Shown: positions 50,942 to 60,259 of the stretch, piece after piece
Numbering within the stretch: the first letter of the stretch is position 1
Layout of the letters: each line of letters begins with the position of its first letter
From: a virus
Taxonomy: Duplodnaviria > Heunggongvirae > Uroviricota > Caudoviricetes
IMG/VR virus record: IMGVR_UViG_2511231131_000001
Length of the DNA: 64,000 nucleotides
Strand: one strand, 5' to 3'
Position numbers and translations under genes: made by a program
Notes under the pieces: generated by a model
The model's input: the letters and a program-made list of their open reading frames with translations, nothing else
Told to the model about the DNA's origin: nothing
Databases searched by the model: none

Positions 50942-52531
50942 TTACTTAATAAGCAGCGGTACGCCCTGGATACGACGGGCTACGCCAGTCGGGCAGCAGG
51001 CCCAGACTACTTCCCATTTATCGAATTCCGCCTGCGTAACTTTCAGCACATACGGTTCTGTACCGTCAGCATCAGGATCACGAGGAGCCACCAGAGCGCC
51101 GGAGGCGACAAAGCGATCTAAAAGTTTGGTCATCCCTTTAGTCAGGCCAGCCGCAGTAATACCGTCCGGGCTATGCTTCATCTGTCGGGCTAACTGGACA
51201 AAGAAACGGCTGATTGCATTCATCAGGGATGGGACGTGCTGGAAGTGCAGATAGTTATCCTGCGTGCAGCAAGTTAAAGCATCGTCGATGATCATCTGGC
51301 CAGAGGTGCCAACAGATACTTTATTGAGACGGCCCTTGACCATTGCTTCTTCGTCCGGGGTATCTTCCGGATACAGCGGTTGAATTGACGCACGAGCAAT
51401 GACGGCACGTTCTTCACCAGCCGGTGAGTAATGCCAACCGCCGACATCAGAGTTTTTCTTGACGCCACGAGCTTTCGCCGCATACGCCACGCCAGACAGA
51501 CCAAAGACCACACGGGATTGGGTCCATTTGTCTTTGCAGGAGAACGGGTAGTGATAGACAGCACAGCTTACATAATCGGTACCAAGTAAACCGGTATCTT
51601 CAACAGCAGAGATCGCTTCCGTGTACGTCAATGTCGGTTTGACATCAAAGAAGCCATCAATCAGGCGATCTGCACAGATTTTACCTAATGCGGTGATAGC
51701 CGCATTGTCATAGCAGCCCAAGCCAAGAACAGCGGTGTACATGTACGGCGCATTATTCAGCACTTTAACCGCACGCAGGTACGCAGCGGTTGAGATTTTC
51801 GACTGATCGCCGTTGGTACCGCCAGTGAACGCCAACGATTTTTTGTTTGTTACTTTCGCTGTCGAAATCAGCTCTTCATTAACAACCGCGCGCAGATATT
51901 TAGAACGGGCTTCCAGAGCCGTAGGCAGATAACACAAGCGGCCCATGTCATCTTTCGCTTCTTCCGCCAAAGACACAGTGTGTGTCTCCAGGGTCGTTAC
52001 CACGCCGAGCGAAGTCGTCTGGGTCAGTTTTAAGAGGAAGCGTTCATTACCCGCGCTGTCCGCTGTTGCCGTTTCGATGGTTAACTCACGGGTAGGTGAA
52101 ATACACGGATCACCATCATCAACGTAGATAGCAAAGGCTTCGCCACTATCAAGTTCAATTTCAGAACCGTATGGCAACGCACTGTAAGCCGGTTCGCCTG
52201 ATTCATCGAACATAATAATCGGGAACTTCGCATCATCCGGAACAGCGCGAACAACATAACCAGACGTTTGCTGAATAGCTTCGTATACATGGCGAATTGG
52301 TTCGAACTGTGAGCCGGAAGACGGCTTCAGCGGTTCGCCGAGAACATCTTCGTAATTGGACTCAGTAACCGCAAGAACAGTAAACGGCTTGCCACGCGCA
52401 AATACGCCAATACCAGCCCATAAGCTGCTATTTAATGCAACACCGGTAGATAACGTCGCATCGGCATTGATCGGGCTAACCGCGACGCCGGATGCATTAC
52501 CTAATGACTGTTGAATTGAATATTGAGACAT
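50942..52531 (-). CDS. Putative tail sheath protein (P1 gene 22 position)
   Basis: 529-aa ORF immediately downstream of the capsid-like gene. Confidence 0.5.
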   Translation of the reverse strand: MSQYSIQQSLGNASGVAVSPINADATLSTGVALNSSLWAGIGVFARGKPFTVLAVTESNYEDVLGEPLKPSSGSQFEPIRHVYEAIQQTSGYVVRAVPDDAKFPIIMFDESGEPAYSALPYGSEIELDSGEAFAIYVDDGDPCISPTRELTIETATADSAGNERFLLKLTQTTSLGVVTTLETHTVSLAEEAKDDMGRLCYLPTALEARSKYLRAVVNEELISTAKVTNKKSLAFTGGTNGDQSKISTAAYLRAVKVLNNAPYMYTAVLGLGCYDNAAITALGKICADRLIDGFFDVKPTLTYTEAISAVEDTGLLGTDYVSCAVYHYPFSCKDKWTQSRVVFGLSGVAYAAKARGVKKNSDVGGWHYSPAGEERAVIARASIQPLYPEDTPDEEAMVKGRLNKVSVGTSGQMIIDDALTCCTQDNYLHFQHVPSLMNAISRFFVQLARQMKHSPDGITAAGLTKGMTKLLDRFVASGALVAPRDPDADGTEPYVLKVTQAEFDKWEVVWACCPTGVARRIQGVPLLIK

Positions 52532-52591
52532 AACTTTCCCTGTTATGCGCCCCGCACGGGGGCGCTATGTTAAACGGAGAACTTCCCCTGA

Positions 52592-54298
52592 TTACTCAGA
52601 GTCACCGGCATCAATCGTGTCGCCGCTAATGAAGTTAAGCCCGCCTTTTTTGGCCATTGTCAGCGTTACACGAGTGAAGTAATCAGCGCCGTTGCGTGGG
52701 TGCATATCGTTGATAGCCGAACCCCACAGCGTGGTACGGTTGACCAGCGCCGGAGTGGTCGGATGCTGGAACGGGATGGCCGGGACAGCATCACCAGTCA
52801 CGAAGCCTGCTTTACCCGGATTTTCATCACGGACGTAGCACAGCACATCCATCGAGCTGAACTGAATGTTCTCTGTCGTTAAGTTCTTACAAATACCAGC
52901 AGGTACTTCGTACACTTTCACGTTACCGAACAGGGTACCGATGTAGTGAACATACGGAGTCTGGATATAGTCTTCGGCTGGCTGGAAGAAATCCTTCGGC
53001 AACTGTTTGAAGAAAGATGCTGCATCAGCACCAGCAAACATCCCCATCGCACCAGAAGATTTAACGCGCTCAATAATGTCGCGATATACAGTCTGGAATT
53101 TGCCACGAATGATGGTTGCCCATACATCAAAGGACTGGTTAACCGGCAGAGCGATGTCAAAGGTGTCGGTCGCAAGAGTACGCCAGATCATGATGCGAAG
53201 ACGCAGCATATCCTGTTCATGAGACAGGTATTCCTTCAGGGTGCGGAACTGTAGGGAACCCAGGTCCAGACCAAATTCACGCTGTGCTTCATACGCCGCC
53301 TGTACCGTGTGCTCAGCCGCGATAACGAACTGGCTTGGGAACAGGGTGTATTTCTTCATTTCGTGGTTGATCAGCGGGATCAGCTCAGGAGCGGCTTCAA
53401 TATTGATTTCCGTCTCAATTGCGATCTCAGTGCCTTTATCCGGCGCTTTGGAGAACGACAGGGCAATCTGACCAATGTTGTAGTTCAGAGAGCAGGTAAC
53501 AGTGATTTGCTCACCAGCAGCATTAGTAAACGAGTGAAGTAGGCTGCCGGAACCGTTATCAACAACAGACTTAATACGGTTAACGTAGATATTAGTGCGA
53601 CCTTTTCGGATTGGTACATTCTGGCCTTCGAAGTCTTCCATCTTGAAGGTTGCGGTTTTGCTGGTGCCATCGGAGCTTGCCACCAGCACATAGCGGCGGC
53701 GTAACTGGCTGTACACACCGACGGATTGCATGTCCAGAACATCACCAGCAGCATAAGAACCAAAAGAGGAACCTGCCACGTTAAAGACTTCATAGATGTC
53801 GGACTGGTCACGCGTAACCGGAATGAAGGTACACGCATCAGCGGTAGCTGCCCCCAACTGAACAGGCAGGATCATCGCGAGGAATAAAGGCAGACGCATA
53901 ACACCGTCAGAAACGCTCATCATCTCTGCTGCGACGGATTCCAGCATCGCTTTATTAGTGGCATCCATGCTATTGCGGGTGGACTCAATCAGGCAGTTTT
54001 CCAGCGTCTGGTGGCAGGAGGCCAGAATTTCCGGACGCGGCATAGATTTATGTGCTGCGGCGTAGTCAGCCAGTGCACTTGCCCACGCTGTAGCGATTTG
54101 AGCGGTGGCATTATCAGAGATACCCGCAAAAACCGGGTCTTTACGTGCAGCTTCAAGGATAGATGCGGCACGCGCGGCATCATCTTTAATGAATTGGTTA
54201 TCAGTACCGAACTGCGCAGTGCTTGCCCAGCCAAGCACAGCTTTAGAGCGTTTTGCGATATCTGCAATACGATTCTGGTATTCGCGTAAGTTACTCAA
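52592..54298 (-). CDS. Putative major capsid protein (P1 gene 23 position)
   Basis: TTG start at 54298 with RBS AGGAAG 6 nt upstream (ORF track uses TTG 54319); adjacent to parS as in P1. Confidence 0.5.
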   Translation of the reverse strand: MSNLREYQNRIADIAKRSKAVLGWASTAQFGTDNQFIKDDAARAASILEAARKDPVFAGISDNATAQIATAWASALADYAAAHKSMPRPEILASCHQTLENCLIESTRNSMDATNKAMLESVAAEMMSVSDGVMRLPLFLAMILPVQLGAATADACTFIPVTRDQSDIYEVFNVAGSSFGSYAAGDVLDMQSVGVYSQLRRRYVLVASSDGTSKTATFKMEDFEGQNVPIRKGRTNIYVNRIKSVVDNGSGSLLHSFTNAAGEQITVTCSLNYNIGQIALSFSKAPDKGTEIAIETEINIEAAPELIPLINHEMKKYTLFPSQFVIAAEHTVQAAYEAQREFGLDLGSLQFRTLKEYLSHEQDMLRLRIMIWRTLATDTFDIALPVNQSFDVWATIIRGKFQTVYRDIIERVKSSGAMGMFAGADAASFFKQLPKDFFQPAEDYIQTPYVHYIGTLFGNVKVYEVPAGICKNLTTENIQFSSMDVLCYVRDENPGKAGFVTGDAVPAIPFQHPTTPALVNRTTLWGSAINDMHPRNGADYFTRVTLTMAKKGGLNFISGDTIDAGDSE

Positions 54299-54360
54299 TT
54301 TACTCTTCCTTAAACACAAGGCACTTGTGTGAATCCCTTTTCGGAAGAGATTTTATTGAA

Positions 54361-54370
54361 AGTCACTTGT
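54361..54370 (-). promoter_or_regulatory. Candidate late promoter for the capsid operon (ACAAGTGACT followed by TAAAAT, minus strand)
   Basis: Same motif as upstream of prt and mat. Confidence 0.35.
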
Positions 54371-54429
54371 TGACTTTCTCGTGACAAGCAATTTTTTTAT
54401 TTTTTTCGGGAGTAGGGGAGGAAGGTAAA

Positions 54430-54525
54430 ATCCAAGGTGAAATCGTGGCGATTTCACCTTGAAATTTTAGAGGGATTTACTTTAAAAACAGTAGGTTAAT
54501 AGTGAAATTTGAATGGCGAAAGTTT
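54430..54525. other. parS: parS partition site (ParB box A heptamers and box B hexamers around an AT-rich putative IHF region)
   Basis: GTGAAAT-cg-TGGCGA-TTTCAC at 54437-54457 and GTGAAAT...TGGCGA at 54502-54519, downstream of parB. Confidence 0.7.
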
Positions 54526-55525
54526 AAGGCTTCGGCTTTTTATCGAGGCTCTTTCTAAGGATATGCCCAATCATCCTGTCGAGTTCTTCCTGTAACTCTT
54601 TTGAAAGTCGATTAAACTCATAAGAAAATGCACGGCCTTTCACGCGCTTCCTTGCAAAGCGATCCTTGTCCTCAAATTTCCATAATTCAGTAACTACGGA
54701 CTTATCTTTAGAACCTTTATCCGTGAGTAGTGAGGCTTCCTTTGTTATCAAGCGCAGGATTTTATTTTTAACTTCATCTTCGGCCATTTCTTCAATGGAT
54801 AAGATGTCGTTTATTTCCGGGGATATGTTTTGAATAAGCTGATCAAACTCTAAATTCTTGTTCCCCATTTCGTCGCCAACAGCACAAAGCGTTTTGTAGT
54901 CCGAAAAGGTCAATTCCGACTGCACAGGGAAAAGGGCGACTAATTCTTCCGGAGCACTCGCTGCCTGGAGAGCACGCGTGACCTTCGCCTGAGATAGCCC
55001 TTCTTTGGCTGCAATATCCTTCTGACTCATCCCATCATTTTTCATTCGCATCAAACGCAGACCTATTTCTCGAATGCTGTGCTGCAATGCTGTCTGAACG
55101 TCTTTCGCTAAATTTTGCGCTTCCTGAACGCTGATCTCCTGGTCCGTGACTAAAACCCGCAACCCTACGTTCTCTAAGATGGCAGAAGCTCGACGCCGGG
55201 AACCATCCAAAATTTCAATTTTCCCTGTAGCCCGTCTAACACCTATTGCAGGGTAAAATTGCTGATGCTTAATAGTGCTTCGGATACTTTTTAATGATTT
55301 TGGCGTAAGAGATGCCTGGTCACGACCATTGTTATGCTGATCAACAAAGGTATCGCTTTCTACCTGATTCGGAGGTATTACCTCTTCAATAAATGTGGCC
55401 TGGCGACCTGTTGATAACTTGAATACCTGCTCGACTCGATCGCCAGAGGCTGAAGAACTATCAAATCCGCTTAATATTGAAGGATTAAGGGTTCGCCCAA
55501 TTGTTGGTCTGTTTTTCTTTGACAT
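54524..55525 (-). CDS. parB: ParB partition protein
   Basis: 333 aa, the size recalled for P1 ParB; adjacent to parA and parS. Confidence 0.85.
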   Translation of the reverse strand: MSKKNRPTIGRTLNPSILSGFDSSSASGDRVEQVFKLSTGRQATFIEEVIPPNQVESDTFVDQHNNGRDQASLTPKSLKSIRSTIKHQQFYPAIGVRRATGKIEILDGSRRRASAILENVGLRVLVTDQEISVQEAQNLAKDVQTALQHSIREIGLRLMRMKNDGMSQKDIAAKEGLSQAKVTRALQAASAPEELVALFPVQSELTFSDYKTLCAVGDEMGNKNLEFDQLIQNISPEINDILSIEEMAEDEVKNKILRLITKEASLLTDKGSKDKSVVTELWKFEDKDRFARKRVKGRAFSYEFNRLSKELQEELDRMIGHILRKSLDKKPKP

Positions 55526-55541
55526 GGGGGTTTCTTACTCC

Positions 55542-56738
55542 TCAGTTAGATCTGATAAATTCAATACGGTCAAAAACTGCTTTAGCAAAATCTTCCGCGG
55601 CAATTCGCGCGTTCTTCAATGCATCAGCACTACCAACATACGTTGCCGGGTTAGCTGAAATAACAGTGTCAAAAGACTCGCCGCAGCGTTCAAAACCGTC
55701 AAGGCGAGGGAGGACGACATCGAGCATATCCCCACCGAACACTTCTTTAGCCAGGCTATGGCAATACTTATGATCTGCCTTGTTACTCAACTTGGACATA
55801 AAACCAATGTTAGTCGCAAGCTGGCACTCGCAGCCTTCATCCGAAATGAGTTTTACCAACTCAGGAAGGCGGGCAACGTATTTAAGCGATGAATGGAAAT
55901 CGACAGTTGCTGGCGGCAGAGGTGTAAACAGTATATTGGCCGAGGCCAAAGCATTTTTCAGGAAGGCATCAAGGTGAGGACCACTATCAACGAGGATAAA
56001 GTCATAATCGCTCTTCAGCTTATCAATCACATTTTCTTTCAGGACAGCATGGATGTTCTGACCCGGTAGATGCTCATTGCACAGCTCTCTCCAATCGGAT
56101 GCAATAAAGGCATCGTCAATCGACGCAGGCATAACGTCAACCCCAGGTACAACAGAAGGAACAATAAACTCCTCTAACAGCTCTTCACGGCTTACATTCT
56201 GCAACATAGCCTGTGCAGATGTTGCGTTTACGATACCAATAGAGTGTTTATGGCTTAAAAACATCGTCGCTGAAGATTGCGGATCAAGGTCAATAACCAG
56301 AATCCTTAAATCTTCCATCAGAAGATGAGGGTGGGCACGCATTGCATGCGCCAGAGAAACCGTCGATACAGTTTTTGACACACCGCCTTTAAGATTGGAG
56401 ATGAAAATCACATACGCTTCGCTGTAGCGATCCCGGTATTTTGGCACTCCGCGATGTTCATATATGTCAATGATGTTCTGAATTGACATCGCATATTTCA
56501 TTGAAGAGCCAGCAGGGCGTTTATCGAAAACATAACCCTTTTCTTCCATTTCACTTACGGCATAGTCAACGTTCGCTCGAGTCAGTAGAGGCAATTTTGC
56601 CAGTGCCGCTTTCGCATAGACCTGGTAAAACTCGTTCGCGTGTAGCTCATCCTTTTGCAACTGTACTTGTTCAGTCAGAACATTGAGCATTCTGTTTGCT
56701 CTTTGAGCAACCTTGTGAAGCTGGCTGGAATCACTCAT
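55542..56738 (-). CDS. parA: ParA partition ATPase
   Basis: 398 aa; deviant Walker A SNLKGGVSKT; type Ia ParA with N-terminal DNA-binding extension. Confidence 0.88.
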   Translation of the reverse strand: MSDSSQLHKVAQRANRMLNVLTEQVQLQKDELHANEFYQVYAKAALAKLPLLTRANVDYAVSEMEEKGYVFDKRPAGSSMKYAMSIQNIIDIYEHRGVPKYRDRYSEAYVIFISNLKGGVSKTVSTVSLAHAMRAHPHLLMEDLRILVIDLDPQSSATMFLSHKHSIGIVNATSAQAMLQNVSREELLEEFIVPSVVPGVDVMPASIDDAFIASDWRELCNEHLPGQNIHAVLKENVIDKLKSDYDFILVDSGPHLDAFLKNALASANILFTPLPPATVDFHSSLKYVARLPELVKLISDEGCECQLATNIGFMSKLSNKADHKYCHSLAKEVFGGDMLDVVLPRLDGFERCGESFDTVISANPATYVGSADALKNARIAAEDFAKAVFDRIEFIRSN

Positions 56739-56884
56739 CGAAAGTCATCCTTTATGCTGTATTTTTGAATTTACTTAAAAATGCTGCATAAAATAATAAT
56801 GTATGCACAGATGCTTGTACATAGCATTCTCTGCATGTTTGGTTCATTTTGCACGATTGAGAGTTACAAGGAGGGCACAAAAAA

Positions 56885-56899
56885 GCCCCGTTCAGGGGC
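56885..56899 (-). terminator. Rho-independent terminator after the T5orf172-like gene (GCCCC-gttca-GGGGC then T6 on the minus strand)
   Basis: Stem-loop 8 nt downstream of the stop at 56907. Confidence 0.6.
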
Positions 56900-56906
56900 A
56901 TCAGTG

Positions 56907-57716
56907 TTATTTGCTAAGAGCAGCGAATAATCGTTCGAAATCGATAGTATCTATAGCACGCGTAAGCGCCGGAAGTTCAGCCTCAAAGTACCCGTGTCGA
57001 TCGTAAAAGAAGGGACCGAAGAGCGAGGCATGTTGGATTCTACTTCGCCCCAGCCCGGACACACAGTTAAGCCCATTACCGGCTAAAAGGCTAAAAAACT
57101 TCTCTGGATTATCGTGGTAAAGCTGGGAATCAATGGTGGCGGTTAACTCTTCCATAGGGAAGCACACCCGCCCTGTCTCCCAGGGATATTTAGTCCGAAG
57201 CATAAACATTGCTTTCAGCAATTCACATTGAGCGCGGATCGCGTCCGGTTCATAGCCAGATATGGAGACATAAGCCACGTCCCTCATTCCTGCGTCATCT
57301 TTGAAAGTCACGATAGAAGTAACATCCAGCTCTTTTTCGAAAGAGCAAGCAGCATCTACTGGACGCTGAAGTAAATCATTCGACTTGATGCGCTCGAGAA
57401 TCCCTCCCCACATATCATTTAGATATTCGATATGAGCCAAAACCTTATCAAGACACTCTCGTGTAAACCATTCAGTATGCCCGCCACCGGCGCTTTTCTC
57501 CCACGGCGCATTCCAGGGGAAAAAGGTTGCGTGTAAAGCCCGCTCAAGATTAACCATTGCCAAACGCGTACCACGATAGACCCGTGAAAGCGCAAAATCG
57601 GGACTCACTTGTAGCCCTTTAAACCGTGCCAATGGACCACATGAAATGCCGATTTTAAAAGTATCTCCGTTCTCTGGCACCAGAACGTAGAGGTAGTGTT
57701 GTTTCTCTTCTTGCAT
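56907..57716 (-). CDS. T5orf172 / GIY-YIG-like domain protein with uncharacterised C-terminal domain
   Basis: 269 aa; N-terminus YLYVLVPENGDTFKIGIS...RF...LERALHATF...GGGHTEWFT matches the T5orf172 signature; between incA iterons and parA. Confidence 0.6.
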   Translation of the reverse strand: MQEEKQHYLYVLVPENGDTFKIGISCGPLARFKGLQVSPDFALSRVYRGTRLAMVNLERALHATFFPWNAPWEKSAGGGHTEWFTRECLDKVLAHIEYLNDMWGGILERIKSNDLLQRPVDAACSFEKELDVTSIVTFKDDAGMRDVAYVSISGYEPDAIRAQCELLKAMFMLRTKYPWETGRVCFPMEELTATIDSQLYHDNPEKFFSLLAGNGLNCVSGLGRSRIQHASLFGPFFYDRHGYFEAELPALTRAIDTIDFERLFAALSK

Positions 57717-57750
57717 ATCAATACCACTGCTTGATGAGAGTCGCGCAAAT

Positions 57751-58006
57751 GTTGACTATGCGCGAAGGTTAATGTGAATAGTTGACTATGCGCGATGTGA
57801 CTACAGTCAAAAGTTGACTGTAGTCGATTTAACTCCACCAAAGATCGACTATGTAAGATATTGTCGGGAGAAACGTTGACTATACGCGATGAAATGGGCC
57901 TAAAAGCCATCTCAATAGCGACTTGCAGAATATTGACGCCAGCAAAAATCCACCAGCGTCAACGAATGTCGCCTATAGTCAACTTCTCGCTATCGCATAT
58001 AGTCAA
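57751..58006. repeat. incA: incA-like iteron array (about 8 copies, both orientations) downstream of repA
   Basis: Repeats of GTTGACTATGCGCGA and variants at 57751, 57781, 57796, 57813, 57844, 57875; inverted copies at 57968 and 57992. Confidence 0.7.
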
Positions 58007-58008
58007 TA

Positions 58009-58929
58009 TTATGGATTGCGCTTATGGATCTGGAAGCCGATTTTCCTGCCGTTTTTTATCTCTGAAAATTTAAGATATTCAATAGCTTCCAAATCTTTCA
58101 TGGCTTTTCTGATAACGCTATTTTGCACGCTAACGGATGATTTGAGATTAAGCCTCGCTCTAAGGCGCTCAATGCTGACAGGTGCCGGGTTGGCGGGTAG
58201 AGCCTCAAAGAATGTATACAGTACCTTGGCTGTCTCTTTGCGCCCTAGTTTATCCAGCATCTTCAGCTTCAGGATTCGCTTATAGTCAACATAGTAAAGT
58301 TCAGATAGCTGTTTCTGCGGCTGGATCTCGATAACATCAAGCTCGGTATTCAGGCTGCTATATGCCAACAAGTTGACGTTAATGTTATTGAGATGACCTT
58401 TTGCCGCCGGGAAGCGGAATTTGACAACTGTCTGCTGAATGCGTGTCAGAGAGTCATCAATACTTTTACGGAACGCCTTTGAAAGACGCTTACGTGGATA
58501 GCCGCATCGATCGGCAAACTCGGAGAATGGCAGGGTGATTATACCGTCATCATCAGGTGCATAGTCAAACAACGCGGAGGTTATGCCCACCCACACCTTA
58601 AAATCAGTATCCATATCCAGGCGTGGACCATGAATTTCAATTCCCTCATAGCCTTCCTGCTCAACAATTTTGAGGCTTGATAGTTCTTCAGTTGCGTTCG
58701 TTGTGTTTGTTGTAACTGACGATCCGCGACGTAGCGCCACATTGGTAGATTTTAAGGTTGGCACAAACACACCTAAACGCAACAAAGCGATGGGTTGTAT
58801 AGTGCTGTTGTTATTGGGCTTCAGGCTGTGGATTTCTCCTGTATTTCCTGCAACTTCTTCAACGCTAAGGAAGCCTTTACTTTCTTCCGGCATCGTGGTT
58901 TCTCCATGTGTGGCGCGGCCTGACGTCAA
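58009..58929 (-). CDS. repA: RepA plasmid replication initiator
   Basis: Contains GVFVP and GPRLDMDTDFKVW segments recalled from P1 RepA; flanked by iteron arrays; alternative start at MPEESKG. Confidence 0.8.
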   Translation of the reverse strand: MTSGRATHGETTMPEESKGFLSVEEVAGNTGEIHSLKPNNNSTIQPIALLRLGVFVPTLKSTNVALRRGSSVTTNTTNATEELSSLKIVEQEGYEGIEIHGPRLDMDTDFKVWVGITSALFDYAPDDDGIITLPFSEFADRCGYPRKRLSKAFRKSIDDSLTRIQQTVVKFRFPAAKGHLNNINVNLLAYSSLNTELDVIEIQPQKQLSELYYVDYKRILKLKMLDKLGRKETAKVLYTFFEALPANPAPVSIERLRARLNLKSSVSVQNSVIRKAMKDLEAIEYLKFSEIKNGRKIGFQIHKRNP

Positions 58930-58973
58930 TTTGGATGGCTGTTATCAACAGCTGTGAATATTCAGACTCTAAA

Positions 58974-59075
58974 ATCGCGTACAGTCAATGTTTCTGTCGC
59001 GTATAGTCAACAATAAATCGCGTGCAGTCAACAATAAATCGTGCACAGTCAACATAAAATCGCGTATAGTCAATG
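58974..59075. repeat. incC: incC-like origin iterons (5 direct copies, about 21-bp period) upstream of repA
   Basis: ATCGCGTACAGTCAATG, GTCGCGTATAGTCAACA, ATCGCGTGCAGTCAACA, ATCGTGCACAGTCAACA, ATCGCGTATAGTCAATG. Confidence 0.75.
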
Positions 59076-59110
59076 TTGATCCCATTTCAGGCCAGAAATG
59101 ACGCGGCTTA

Positions 59111-59185
59111 CAGCGATCCGGGATCTTCTTTGGATCTTACTAGGTTCTCTTTAGGATCTGTTTATTGGATCGATGCTGTGGATAA
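59111..59185. promoter_or_regulatory. oriR: oriR-like GATC cluster (5 Dam sites) plus DnaA box
   Basis: GATC at 59115, 59122, 59133, 59154, 59168; TGTGGATAA (DnaA box) at 59177-59185; adjacent to incC iterons. Confidence 0.65.
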
Positions 59186-59227
59186 GTTGAATAAACCGGC
59201 CAACATAGCCGGTTAGAAGGAAGGGTA

Positions 59228-59620
59228 TTATTCTACGCTTTCGATGAGAAGGCCATGTTCATAACATTTAAGCTCATCGCCTTCGTACAGGAATTGGTAT
59301 CCAATACCACCATTTTCATGGACATTAGGGAATAACTCATAACTCACTGAAGAGCAAATCACACCAATGCAGCGATCAACGCCTTCTCGTTCTTCAGTGC
59401 TGAAAAAATCCTCTTCGGTAAGAACATGAGTACATTGCTCATCAGCATAGGTCGGAAATACATGCTCGATACAATCCGGATGTTTTAAACCAAGTTGATC
59501 GGCAAGTTCGAAAGCATGACGGTATTGTTCAGATCCTGGCTTGCCAACAGTGATGTGCTCAATTTTGTAGATTGAAGTCGCTTTGTTGATAGTTTGCTTT
59601 ACTGTTACTTTATCAGACAT
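59228..59620 (-). CDS. Hypothetical protein (upfA position)
   Basis: 130-aa ORF. Confidence 0.4.
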   Translation of the reverse strand: MSDKVTVKQTINKATSIYKIEHITVGKPGSEQYRHAFELADQLGLKHPDCIEHVFPTYADEQCTHVLTEEDFFSTEEREGVDRCIGVICSSVSYELFPNVHENGGIGYQFLYEGDELKCYEHGLLIESVE

Positions 59621-59631
59621 AAAAATCCCTT

Positions 59632-59964
59632 TTAGTTACCGCTGATAGCGCGGTTGTAATCATTAACGTTGCGATTCTTCCTGTTAATCCCCATCAGCAT
59701 CGTTTCTGTATCGAGGATATACGCTGGCAGATCATCAAAATATTCACTGCTAAACTCTGGCATCCTGCACATAAATGCACTTTTTGGGGCAGGGTGGTTA
59801 ACCTTTGTCGGCGTCGGCGTTAAATTCGCTGATCGACTCCCGGAGCAACCGCTGAGTGTCAGCAGGAATACGCTGGCGAACATTACCCGCCGCAACAAGT
59901 TGTTTCTGAACTTCAGCTTTTCGTTCCATTTGCCTGTCAGCATACTTGGCTTGTTCTGATTCAT
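59632..59964 (-). CDS. Lipoprotein, o-spanin-like (Rz1-like), start embedded in the upstream i-spanin-like gene
   Basis: Signal peptide with lipobox LTLSGC, proline-rich mature N-terminus (TPTPTKVNHPAPKS); RBS AGGAAG before ATG 59964. Confidence 0.5.
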   Translation of the reverse strand: MNQNKPSMLTGKWNEKLKFRNNLLRRVMFASVFLLTLSGCSGSRSANLTPTPTKVNHPAPKSAFMCRMPEFSSEYFDDLPAYILDTETMLMGINRKNRNVNDYNRAISGN

Positions 59965-60220
59965 TTTTCACTTCCTGGCTGTGAAAATGTTGCTCTGCTT
60001 TGTTCATCGTCTCAATGGTCTGGTTAAGATCCATTATTGACTTATCACGTTCCTTAACAGCCTGATCAAGACTGCCAATTTTCTCCATGGCTTGCTTTAG
60101 CTGATGACGTTCCCACGCAAACCCAGCACCAACAAGTGCGCAAATCAGAACAAGAACACCAGTAGCAGCAAGTTTCTCCTTCAAAGACAAAGCTGTTTTT
60201 AATGTAGAAAAGAATGACAT
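59798..60220 (-). CDS. i-spanin-like (Rz-like) protein: N-terminal TM helix plus coiled-coil periplasmic domain
   Basis: ATG 60220 with RBS AGGAGG; TM segment TGVLVLICALVGAGFAW; overlaps the lipoprotein gene by 167 nt in another frame. Confidence 0.5.
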   Translation of the reverse strand: MSFFSTLKTALSLKEKLAATGVLVLICALVGAGFAWERHQLKQAMEKIGSLDQAVKERDKSIMDLNQTIETMNKAEQHFHSQEVKNESEQAKYADRQMERKAEVQKQLVAAGNVRQRIPADTQRLLRESISEFNADADKG

Positions 60221-60259
60221 GTCTTCCTCCTGAAGAAAAATTATCAATGAAGTCCTTTG

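Noticed and set aside
59798-60247. Longer 149-aa version of the i-spanin-like ORF starting at 60247
   Set aside because: The ATG at 60220 has a strong AGGAGG RBS, whereas the upstream start lacks one; the shorter CDS is preferred.
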